Below the pieces are notes generated by a model. It was not told the origin of the DNA. It made no database searches and worked only from the letters and a program-made list of their open reading frames with translations. A DNA stretch of 64,000 nt from the human T2T-CHM13v2.0 reference genome, Homo sapiens, in NCBI RefSeq assembly GCF_009914755.1, contig NC_060928.1; one strand, 5' to 3'. Position 1 is the stretch's first letter. Each line of letters opens with the position of its first letter. Below are positions 1-11,943 of this stretch, piece by piece. Position numbers and translations under genes: made by a program.

Positions 1-583
1 TCTTGGTTCTATGTGGCTCTCTCAGTTCCTTAAAATCACTCTTATAAATTGGAAACAATTTAAAATGCATTCTAGGCCCTCATATGCCTATAATCACGCC
101 ATTTTCCTGGATGATTTTCATCATTAAAGAGTCCCCTTTGTCACTGTCTTCTGCCTGGTCAGTTGTCATGTACGTTACAATGAAATTGTCGCACTGCTTT
201 AATTGGAAGTCAGTATTCCCTCAACCCACTTACCTTGTGATCCAGCATCTACAATGTAATAGAGTTAAACTCTCAAGAGAACATCATCATGACCAACAAG
301 GCAGAATCCCCGAGTTATTTTTGCCCAAACCAGCATTTCCTAAGTAGAGCCTGAGTTCACCACTACGTCCACGCATGGATATGCATAGATACCAACCTGG
401 TTACAGAATGTTTGAATGGAAAACTTCCAAGTTGACTAAATATTTGTCTTTCAGGTATAATAGTGAGGAAACTGGTCTTAACTTGACTCTCCAGATAAAG
501 GATTTTTCTGAAGCCATTCTAGCTCTATTTCTGGTGTCTTTACAAATTACATCCTATTAAAGTAGTCCTGGGATGATTGAGTC

Positions 584-948
584 CAGATGCTCCTCAATTT
601 ACAATACAGTTATGACCCTGATGAACCCATCATACCTTGAAATTATCATAAGTCAAAAATGCATTTAATGCATTTAATACACCTAACCTACCGAATACCA
701 TAGCTTGGCCTAGCCTACCTTAAATGTGCTCAGAGCACTCACATTAGCCTTCTGCTGGGCAAAGTCACCTAACGGAAAGCTTATTTTGTAATAAAGTGTT
801 GACTATCTTACGTAATGTTTTGAATACTGTACTGAAAGTGAAAAAGAAAATGGTTGCATGGGTGCTCGAAGCATGGTGACTACCGAGTGTTGATCGCTTT
901 TGCACTGTATAAAGTCAAAAGATCTTAAGTCAAATAATAAAAAGTCTG
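584..948 (+). mobile_element. MER47A-like non-autonomous DNA transposon (TcMar-Tigger)
   Basis: Starts CAGATGCTCCTCAATTTACAAT; internal TAGCTTGGCCTAGCCTACCTTAAATGTGCTCAG and AATACTGTACTGAAAGTGAAAAA match recalled MER47A; ends GTCTG followed by TA. Confidence 0.8.
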
Positions 949-1383
949 TACTTAATTGAACTAAAGAAAGTTTCAGTCAGTTAAAGATCTACATCAGGAA
1001 GAGAGACGAAGTGAGACTTTTGTAGAAAGAAAAGGGGGGGCATTCAAATAGCTGCAATGCTTACACACATTTTTAAATCATTGTAAAAGAAAACAAGATA
1101 ATTTCTGTGATTGGCCTGGAGGCTGATAATAAACTGTGTTGGTTTTAAGGCCTGCCTACAGGTGGCAGTGCTGTTATCACATAATTCATCAGCAATGATT
1201 TGGCCCGTGCATCATTAGAAATCACTTTGAACATACATTGAGTGGCAGTGCCTTCTGCTAGTCACTGTTATCAGCAAACACTTCCTAAATGCTTACTGAG
1301 TGTGTGTGCAGTACTGTCCTTGGCTTGCCATTAGGTGTTTCCACCTGCAGCCATTTCCAAGACAAATCCTCATTGACTGATGA

Positions 1384-1729
<346 letters not shown>

Positions 1730-1752
1730 TAGCTTTTGTTTAAATGGCACAC

Positions 1753-2113
1753 TGATACGGTTTGTCTGTGTCCCCACCCAAATCTCACCTTGAATTTCCG
1801 CATGTTGTGAGAGGGGCCTGGTAGGAGGTAACTGAATCATGGAGGCAGGTCTTTCCTTTGCTGTTCTCATGATAGTGATTAAGTCTCATGAGATCTGATG
1901 GTTTTAAAAAGGGGAGTTTCCCTGCACAAGCTCTCTCTCTCTTTGGCTGCCGCCATCCACATAAGATGTGACTTGCTCCTCCTTGCCTTCTGCCATGATT
2001 GTGAGGCTTTCCCAGCCACATGGAACTGTGAGTTCTCCCTGATACCTCTTTCCTTTGTAAATTGCCCAGTCTCTGGTATGTCTCTATCAGCAGTGTGGAA
2101 ACGGACTAATACA
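1753..2113 (+). mobile_element. THE1A-like solo LTR (ERVL-MaLR)
   Basis: TGATACGGTTTGTCTGTGTCCCCACCCAAATCTCA...GGACTAATACA; TG...CA ends; 5-bp TSD CACAC/CAGAC. Confidence 0.92.
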
Positions 2114-2264
2114 CAGACACTACATTTCTACATAGAACCCCAAGTGTCTTCGTTTTGCTATAAGTATGACAAGCATTTTCTTCCCTTCTGAGTAAAGATT
2201 TAATTCCATCTATAAATGAACAAAAATGAGAGAAAGCTCACTAGCAAATATCATTTAAAATAAC

Positions 2265-2568
2265 TTTTTTTTTTTTTTTTGAGACGGAGTCTCGCTCTGT
2301 CATCCAGGCTGAAGTGCAGTGGCACAAACTTGGCTCACTGCAAGTTCCACCTCCCGGGTTCACACCATTCTCCTGTCTCAGCCTCCCGAGTAACTGGGAC
2401 TACAGGCACCTGCCACAACACCTGGCTAATTTTTGTATTTTTAGTATTTTAGTAGAGACAGGGTTTCACCATATTAGCCAGAATGGTCTCGATCTCCTGT
2501 CCTCGTGATCTGCCTGCCTCGGCCTCCCAGAGTGCTGGGATTACAGGCGTGAGCCACTGCGCCCGGCC
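2265..2568 (-). mobile_element. AluY-like, full length
   Basis: Poly-T, GCAAGTTCCACCTCCCGGGTTCACACCATTC; TSD TAAAATAAC(TTTT) on both sides. Confidence 0.95.
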
Positions 2569-3195
2569 TAAAATAACTTTTTTATACAAGGCATTTTCTA
2601 CAAAATTACAGTCATTGTAAAGAACACAGATTTAACTTTAATATATTGCTTTGTAGGGTGAGCTAAACTGAGAACCAATGAAGTTTTAAATGCATAGGGG
2701 AAAAAAGAAACAATAGGAAACCAAGAGAGCAAATGCTGTTTCAAATTAAATGAGGGTAGAATTCAAGGAATTCTAATACCACAAATACACCTCTAAATTT
2801 GATTCCCATTGGTTTCAGGTACAACTCTTAATTCCTACTTCACCTCTTTTTATGTTGTGGGGGGAAAAATGATCAAGGGAGAAAAGAAATTGGTAATTTC
2901 AAAGCTTTTTTTTACAGAATACACCCTTGAAGGTTTATACAAAGTGCCAGAGTCACTCGACCTTTTAAAGATCTTTCTCTAGCAGTGAGTTGAACAATAT
3001 TACAGCAATAATCTATTACCCTTTAGTTATGGTCTAAAGTTGGTACTTGACTGTAAACCGAGGAGACTTCAGCAGCCCCCACCCACAGCTAAAAGGCCAG
3101 CCCATGCACCAGCACTTTCATATACTGGCTGGAATGGCCCCTAAGGGCTAATGGTGCTACCCGAGGCCTACTTTACCCTCAGAATAGCTTCACAC

Positions 3196-6100
3196 TGTCG
3201 CAGTGAAATAAAAGATAGCGACGAATCTCTGAGCAAACGGTTTTCCTTGAGAATATATATAAAAACAGAACTGCATTCCAGGGTGTACGCACAGACCACG
3301 GTGGTCCCGTATGCCCTAAGAACAAAGGAAGAGGTTGGAGTTTTATTGGGAAGGAGAAATGTGATGTAAATTGTTTTCAAAGTGAGTTCACTGGTGCTAG
3401 TGAAGCCTGTTGGGAGCTGGCAAGCCCTGCAGGGCGGGGAGTGATGTCCCCACAGGGCGGGGAATGATGTCCCCACAGGGCGGGGAGTGAAGCCCCTACA
3501 GGGCGGGGAATGATGTCCCCACAGGGCGGGGAGTGATGTCCCCACAGGGCGGGGAATGATGTCCCCACAGGGCGGGGACTGATGTCCCCACAGGGCAGGG
3601 AGTGAAGCCCCTACAGGGCGGGGAATGATGTCCCCACAGGGCGGGGAGTGATGTCCCCACAGGGCGGGGAATGATGTCCCCACAGGGCGGGGAATGATGT
3701 CCCTACAGGCGGGGAATGATGTCCCCACAGGGCGGGGAATGATGTCCCCACAGGGCAGGGAGTGAAGCCCTACAGGGCGGGGAATGATGTCCCCACAGGG
3801 CGGGGAATGATGTCCCAACAGGTGGGGAATGATGTCCCCACAGGGCGGGGAATGATGTCCCTACAGGGCGGGGAATGATGTCCCTACAGGGCGGGGAATG
3901 ATGTCCCTACAGGCGGGGAATGATGTCCCCACAGGGCGGGTAATGATGTCCCTACAGGCGGGGAATGATGTCCCCACAAGGCGGGGAATGATCTCCCCAC
4001 AGGGCGGGGAATGATGTCCCCACAGGGCGGGGAATGATGTCCCTACAGGCGGGGAGTGATGTCCCTACAGGGCGGGGAATGATGTCCCCACAGGGCGGGG
4101 ATTGAAGCCCCTACAGGGCGGGGAAGGATGTCCCTACAGGAGGGGAATGATGTCCCCACAGGGCGGGGAATGATGTCCCTACAGGCGGGGAATGATGTCC
4201 CTACAGGAGGGGAATGATGTCCCCACAGGGCGGGGAATGATGTCCCTACAGGGCGGGGAATGATGTCCCCACAGGGCGGGGAGTGAAGCCCCTACAGGGC
4301 GGGGAATGATGTCCCCACAGGGCGGGGAATGATGTCCCCACAGGGCGGGGAATGATGTCCCTACAGGCGGGGAATGATGTCCCCTCAGGGCGGGGAATGA
4401 TGTCCCCACAGGGCGGGGAGTGAAGCCCCTACAGGGCGGGGAATGATGTCCCCACAGGGCGGGGAGTGATGTCCCTACAGGGCGGGGAATGATGTCCCCA
4501 CAGGGCGGGGAGTGATGTCCCCACAGGGCGGGGAGTGATGTCCCCACAGGGCTGGGAATGATGTCCCCACAGGGCGGGGAATGATGTCCCTACAGGGCGG
4601 GGAATGATGTCCCCACAGGGCGGGGAGTGAAGCCCCTACAGGGCGGGGAGTGATGTCCCCACAGGGCGGGGAATGATGTCCCCACAGGGCGGGGAATGAT
4701 GTCCCTACAGGCGGGGAATGATGTCCCCACAGGGCGGGGAATGATGTCCCTACAGGGCGGGGAATGATGTCCCCACAGGGCGGGGAATGATGTCCCTACA
4801 GGGCGGGGAATGATGTCCCCACAGGGCGGGGAGTGAAGCCCCTACAGGGCGGGGAATGATGTCCCCACAGGGCGGGGAATGATGTCCCCACAGGGCGGGG
4901 AGTGAAGCCCCTACAGGGCGGGGAGTGATGTCCCCACAGGGCGGGGAATGATGTCCCTACAGGCGGGGAATGATGTCCCTACAGGCGGGGAATGATGTCC
5001 CTACAGGGCGGGGAGTGATGTCCCCACAGGGCGGGGAATGATGTCCCTACAGGCGGGGAATGATGTCCCCTCAGGGCGGGGAATGATGTCCCCACAGGGC
5101 GGGGAATGAGGTCCCTACAGGGCGGGGAATGATGTCCCCACAAGGCGGGGAGTGAAGCCCCTACAGGGCGGGGAGTGATGTCCCCACAGGGCGGGGAGTG
5201 AAGCCCCTACAGGGCGGGGAATGATGTCCCCACAGGGCGGGGAATGATGTCCCTACAGGGCGGGGAATGATGTCCCCACAGGGCGGGGAGTGATGTCCCC
5301 ACAGGGCGGGGAATGATGTCCCCACAGGGCGGGGAATGATGTCCCCACAGGGCGGGGAATGATGTCCCCACAGGGCGGGGAGTGAAGCCCCTACAGGGCG
5401 GGGAATGATGTCCCCACAGGGCGGGGAATGATGTCCCCACAGGGCGGGAAATGATGTCCCCACAGGGCGGGAAATGATGTCCCTACAGGGCGGGGAATGA
5501 TGTCCCCACAGGGCGGGGAGTGAAGCCCCTACAGGGCGGGGAGTGATGTCCCCACAGGGCGGGGAGTGATGTCCCCACAGGGCGGGGAGTGATGTCCCCA
5601 CAGGGCGGGGAATGATGTCCCTACAGGGCGGGGAATGATGTCCCCACAGGGCGGGGAGTGAAGCCCCCACAGGGCGGGGAATGATGTCCCCACAGGGCGG
5701 GGAGTGATGTCCCCACAGGGCGGGGAATGATGTCCCCACAGGGCGGGGAATGATGTCCCCTACAGGGCGGGGAATGATGTCCCCACAGGGCGGGGAATGA
5801 TGTCCCTACAGGGCGGGGAATGATGTCCCCACAGGGCGGGGAGTGAAGCCCCCACAGGGCGGGGAATGATGTCCCCACAGGGCGGGGAATGATGTCCCCA
5901 CAGGGCGGGGAGTGAAGCCCCTACAGGGCGGGGAGTGATGTCCCCACAGGGCGGGGAATGATGTCCCTACAGGGCGGGGAATGATGTCCCCACAGGGCGG
6001 GGAGTGATGTCCCCACAGGGCGGGGAATGATGTCCCCACAGGGCGGGGAATGATGTCCCTACAGGGCGGGGAATGATGTCCCTACAGGGCGGTGAATGAT

Positions 6101-9100
6101 GTCCCCACAGGGCGGGGAGTGAAGCCCCTACAGGGCGGGGAATGATGTCCCTACAGGGCGGGGAATGATGTCCCTACAGGGCGGGGAATGATGTCCCCAC
6201 AGGGCGGGGAGTGATGTCCCCACAGGGCGGGGAATGATGTCCCCACAGGGCGGGGAATGATGTCCCCACAGGGCGGGGAATGATGTCCCCTACAGGGCGG
6301 GGAATGATGTCCCTACAGGGCGGGGAATGATGTCCCCACAGGGCGGGGAATGATGTCCCTACAGGGCGGGGAATGATGTCCCCACAGGGCGGGGAGTGAA
6401 GCCCCTACAGGGCGGGGAATGATGTCCCCACAGGGCGGGGAGTGATGTCCCCACAGGGCGGGGAATGATGTCCCTACAGGCGGGGAATGATGTCCCTACA
6501 GGCGGGGAATGATGTCCCTACAGGGCGGGGAGTGATGTCCCCACAGGGCGGGGAATGATGTCCCTACAGGGCGGGGAATGATGTCCCCACAGGGCGGGGA
6601 GTGAAGCCCCTACAGGGCGGGGAGTGATGTCCCCACAGGGCGGGGAGTGATGTCCCCACAGGGCGGGGAATGATGTCCCTACAGGGCGGGGAATGATGTC
6701 CCCACAGGGCGGGGAGTGAAGCCCCTACAGGGCGGGGAGTGATGTCCCCACAGGGCGGGGAGTGATGTCCCCACAGGGCGGGGAATGATGTCCCTACAGG
6801 GCGGGGAATGATGTCCCCACAGGGCGGGGAGTGAAGCCCCTACAGGGCGGGGAATGATGTCCCCACAGGGCGGGGAGTGATGTCCCCACAGGGCGGGGAA
6901 TGATGTCCCCACAGGGCGGGGAATGATGTCCCCTACAGGGCGGGGAATGATGTCCCCACAGGGCGGGGAATGATGTCCCTACAGGGCGGGGAATGATGTC
7001 CCCACAGGGCGGGGAATGATGTCCCCACAGGGCGGGGAATGATGTCCCCTACAGGGCGGGGAATGATGTCCCTACAGGGCGGGGAATGATGTCCCCACAG
7101 GGCGGGGAATGATGTCCCCACAGGGCGGGGAGTGAAGCCCCTACAGGGCGGGGAGTGATGTCCCCACAGGGCGGGGAGTGATGTCCCCACAGGGCGGGGA
7201 ATGATGTCCCTACAGGGCGGGGAATGATGTCCCCACAGGGCGGGGAGTGAAGCCCCTACAGGGCGGGGAATGATGTCCCCACAGGGCGGGGAGTGAAGCC
7301 CCTACAGGGCGGGGAATGATGTCCCCACAGGGCGGGGAATGATGTCCCCACAGGGCGGGGAGTGAAGCCCCTACAGGGCGGGGAGTGATGTCCCCACAGG
7401 GCGGGGAGTGATGTCCCCACAGGGCGGGGAGTGAAGCCCCTACAGGGCGGGGAGTGATGTCCCCACAGGGCGGGGAATGATGTCCCCACAGGGCGGGGAA
7501 TGATGTCCCCACAGGCGGGGAATGATGTCCCCACAGGGCGGGGAATGATGTCCCTACAGGCGGGGAATGATGTCCCCACAGGGCGGGGAATGATGTCCCC
7601 ACAGGCGGGGAATGATGTCCCCACAGGGCGGGGAGTGAAGCCCCTACAGGGCGGGGAGTGATGTCCCCACAGGGCGGGGAATGATGTCCCCACAGGGCGG
7701 GGAATGATGTCCCCACAGGCGGGGAATGATGTCCCCACAGGGCGGGGAATGATGTCCCTACAGGCGGGGAATGATGTCCCCACAGGGCGGGGAATGATGT
7801 CCCCACAGGCGGGGAATGATGTCCCCACAGGGCGGGGAATGATGTCCCCACAGGGCGGGGAATGATGTCCCAACAGGGCGGGGAATGATGTCCCCACAGG
7901 CGGGGAATGATGTCCCCACAGGGCGGGGAATGATGTCCCCACAGGCGGGGAATGATGTCCCCACAGGGCGGGGAGTGATGTCCCCACAGGGCGGGGAGTG
8001 ATGTCCCCACAGGGCGGGGAATGATGTCCCCACAGCGCGGGGAATGATGTCCCCACGGGGGGGGAATGATGTCCCCACAGGGCGGGGAGTGATGTCCCTA
8101 CAGGGCGGGGAGTGATGTCCCCACAGGGGGGGGAGTGATGTCCCCACAGGGCGGGGAATGATGTCCCCACAGGGCGGGGAGTGATGTCCCTACAGGGCGG
8201 GGAGTGATGTCCCCACAGGGGGGGGAGTGATGTCCCCACAGGGCGGGGAGTGATGTCCCCACAGGGCGGGGAGTGATGTCCCCACAGGGGGGGGAATGAT
8301 GTCCCCACAGGGCGGGGAGTGATGTCCCTACAGGGCGGGGAGTGATGTCCCCACAGGGGGGGGAATGATGTCCCCACAGGCGGGGAATGATGTCCCCACA
8401 GGGCGGGGAATGATGTCCCTACAGGGCGGGGAATGATGTCCCTACAGGGCGGGGAGTGATGTCCCCACAGGGGGGGGAGTGATGTCCCCACAGGGGGGGG
8501 AATGATGTCCCCACAGGGCGGGGAGTGATGTCCCTACAGGGCGGGGAGTGATGTCCCCACAGGGCGGGGAATGATGTCCCCACAGGGCGGGGAATGATGT
8601 CCCTACAGGCGGGGAATGATGTCCCTACAGGGCGGGGAATGATGTCCGCACAGGGCGGGGAATGATGTCCCCACAGGGCGGGGAATGATGTCCCTACAGG
8701 GCGGGGAATGATGTCCCTACAGGGCGGGGAGTGATGTCCCCACAGGGCGGGGAATGATGTCCCCACACGGCGGGGAGTGAAGCCACCACAGGGCGGGGAG
8801 TGATGTCCCCACAGGGCGGGGAATGATGTCCCCACAGGGCGGGGAATGATGTCCCTACAGGGCGGGGAATGATGTCCCCACAGGGCGGGGAGTGATGTCC
8901 CCACAGGGCGGGGAGTGATGTCCCCACAGGGCGGGGAGTGATGTCCCTACAGGGCGGGGAATGATGTCCCTACAGGGCGGGGAGTGATGTCCCCACAGGG
9001 CGGGGAATGATGTCCCTACAGGGCGGGGAGTGATGTCCCCACAGGGCGGGGAATGATGTCCCTACAGGGCGGGGAATGATGTCCGCACAGGGCGGGGAAT

Positions 9101-10036
9101 GATGTCCCTACAGGGCGGGGAATGATGTCCCTACAGGGCGGGGAGTGATGTCCCCACAGGGCGGGGAATGATGTCCCCACAGGGCGGGGAGTGAAGCCAC
9201 CACAGGGCGGGGAGTGATGTCCCCACAGGGCGGGGAATGATGTCCCCACAGGGCGGGGAATGATGTCCCTACAGGGCGGGGAATGATGTCCCCACAGGGC
9301 GGGGAGTGATGTCCCCACAGGGCGGGGAGTGATGTCCCCACAGGGCGGGGAGTGAAGCCCCTACAGGGCGGGGAATGATGTCCCCACAGGGCGGGGAGTG
9401 AAGCCCCTACAGGGCGGGGAATGATGTCCCCACAGGGCGGGGAGTGAAGCCCCTACAGGGCGGGGAATGATGTCCCCACAGGGCGGGGAGTGAAGCCCCT
9501 ACAGGGCGGGGAGTGATGTCCCCACAGGGCGGGGAATGATGTCCCCACAGGGCGGGGAATGATGTCCCCACAGGGCGGGGAATGATGTCCCTACAGGGCG
9601 GGGAGTGATGTCCCCACAGGGGGGGGAGTGATGTCCCCACAGGGCGGGGAATGATGTCCCCACAGGGCGGGGAATGATGTCCCCACAGGGCGGGGAGTGA
9701 TGTCCCTACAGGGCGGGGAGTGATGTCCCCACAGGGGGGGGAGTGATGTCCCCACAGGGCGGGGAATGATGTCCCCACAGGGCGGGGAATGATGTCCCTA
9801 CAGGGCGGGGAGTGATGGCGGGCACCGTTTCACCTGGACATTCTTAGAGTCAGGCCAAGTCATCTGGGCAGCCTCCAGGCAAAACTGGTCTGAAGGTTCT
9901 AACTGCTCTTCTGGTAGCTGAGCTTTCAAGACAGTTCCTGGAGCGGGCGCTGTGTGTCCTGCTTTTTACCAAAACCCCTTCACTCTGATTCCTTGGCTGT
10001 GACAGGAATGACTCCGATTCGCATAATCGCTTCTCA
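3196..10036 (-). mobile_element. MER67-like solo LTR (ERV1) split by the 23-bp VNTR (arms about 3196-3429 and 9817-10036)
   Basis: Minus strand reads TGAGAAGCGATTATGCGAATCGGAGTCATTCCTGTCA...CAGACCAGTTTTGCCT...GACTCTAAG...[VNTR]...GCTTGCCAGCTCCC...AGAGATTCGTCGCTATCTTTTATTTCACTGCGACA, collinear with recalled MER67 consensus; TG...CA ends; no clear TSD. Confidence 0.75.
3430..9816. repeat. GC-rich minisatellite (VNTR), 23-bp unit CAGGGCGGGGA(A/G)TGATGTCCC(C/T)A, about 278 copies
   Basis: Directly visible tandem array of about 6.39 kb; recurrent variant CAGGGCGGGGAGTGAAGCCCCTA; occasional 22- and 24-bp units. Confidence 0.99.
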
Positions 10037-11517
10037 GGTACATAAACTAACAGAGCCTGCGGTCATGTGAAGAGTCAGGCTCACAGCACTCCCTTAACAT
10101 AAGTGGGCACATATTTTGGTTTTAGATGAGGCCTTGAGACACAAAAAGCAATTTTAGTCTTAGATACGTGGCAACTTTGATGGCGCAGCCAATGGCTAAA
10201 ATGTGGCTTACTATTAATCGGATTTTAATAGTAATATTCAGTAACTTTTGGGGTCCCTGAATATTGGCTTTCTTGTACAGTTGTTGTTGTTATTGTTAGT
10301 GTACTTTGCATTTCATGGCTTTAACAATGGTAGTTTATTGCCATAATGAGAGATATCTATTTCTTTCTGCTATGTGATTTTTAAAAATCCTCGAGGATGG
10401 ATTATTAAATTTAGCTATTTTCCAGTGAATTTAAATATTGCTGAAGAAAAATATTCTAATTTAACCCAAGTCACTGAAAAATTAAGCAGTTAGAATTAAA
10501 ATAAGAAGTCACTACTTCTTTGCTGGAATAGTTTCTTTAATGAGGAAGTTAAGAACATGAAGGCATGAAGGTTGGTACTTGCCTTCCACCAGCAAAATAT
10601 AAGAAGGGCTTAGTCTGTATCGTTTTTTGGTGACATAAACAGAACGGTCTCCGTCATATTCCTTTCATGCTATTTCCCTACTCATGTGCCCTTCTTACTT
10701 TGAGGTTTGGAATCACAGTAAGAATAATACTGGAAAGGATTCCAAATGTAGTTTTGTCTCTAGAAAAGCAAACTATGCTACCTCATTAATGTTTTACTCC
10801 AAAGGAGATTTTCAAAATACACTAGGCAGGGTTTAAAAACTGCTGGAGCTGCACTTTAGAAGTGTGGTTTTTTAAACCATCGCATAAATACAGATAAACT
10901 TTATATTCATCCTTTGGTGTTTACTAACCATACAGAAAAGGAATATTTAAAGCCCAACAAGTCTCATATTGCAGTTTCGGATGCCACATTTCTCCAAGGG
11001 TAAACAGAAATAATTAAGGTAATTATTGTTCGGGTCCTCTGGCAGCAAAGTACGTTTATTTCAAGCAATAGATGTTCAAAAAGATGTTTGAAAATGCATG
11101 GCTCTACCTGAACCACAATTGCATAAGAGAAAAAAATATATCTGCAGCAAGATTTTTACAAGCCTGCTGCAGCCTTTCTTGCCCATGTAAATAGTTTCAC
11201 TGCTGAAAAGCTGAGTCATTGCTTTTTCCAACAATGGTTTCCCACTAAGTAAAAGAAAACAATCTCTCTCTCTCTTTTTTTTTTCCCCAGCAGCCAATAC
11301 ACAGCGGCTGTTAATTAGTGTGTCTATGGGTGGCATTTGAGACTCTACAAGGCCAAGCATTCTCCACTGTGGCTAAAGTATCAAATTACCCCCAGCAAGA
11401 GGCCTCCTAAGGCCCCTAGCATGCCAGCAACACCCCCAGCCCATTTTGGATTTTGCAGAAGGAGGAATTTGAAGGACTATTAAACACTCTGTAAAATGCT
11501 CACAACAGATCAGCATA

Positions 11518-11943
11518 AAGCCCCACAGTGCAGGTGTTTCTGTCCTTAGAGCAATGCTCTGCTCAGGGCCCTCACACTCTCCCTCTTCTCCAGCATTGCT
11601 TAAGCCCCACAGTGCAGGTGTTTCTGTCCTTAGAACAATGCTGTGTGCTCAGGGCCCTCACACTCTCCCTCTTCTCCAGCATTGCTTAAGCCCCACAGTG
11701 CAGGTGTTTCTGTCCTTAGAACAATGCTGTGTGCTCAGGGCCCTCACACTCTCCCTCTTCTCCAGCATTGCTTAAGCCCCACAGTGCAGGTGTTTCTGTC
11801 CTTAGAACAATGCTCTGCTCAGGGCCCTCACACTCTCCCTCTTCTCCAGCATTGCTTAAGCCCCACAGTGCAGGTGTTTCTGTCGTTGGAACAATGCTGT
11901 GTGCTCAGGGCCCTCACACTCTCCCTCTTCTCCAGCATTGCTT
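11518..11943. repeat. Minisatellite, 84/86-bp unit x 5
   Basis: CCCCACAGTGCAGGTGTTTCTGTC at 11521, 11605, 11691, 11777 and 11861 (spacings 84, 86, 86, 84). Confidence 0.97.

Noticed and set aside
3168-9778. Many minus-strand ORFs (up to 411 aa) of GDIIPRPVGTSFPALWGHHSPPC repeats
   Set aside because: They are a by-product of a 23-bp unit cycling through three frames. The starts are mostly non-ATG, the frames end wherever a CTA variant gives TAG, and there is no gene structure.
3430-9816. CRISPR-like array or telomere-type repeat
   Set aside because: The units are contiguous with no unique spacers, there are no cas genes and no TTAGGG, and the context is primate. The same applies to the 54- and 61-bp arrays.
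3430-9816. PRDM9-A motif CCNCCNTNNCCNC in the unit
   Set aside because: The minus strand CCGCCCTGTGGGG matches only the first seven positions.
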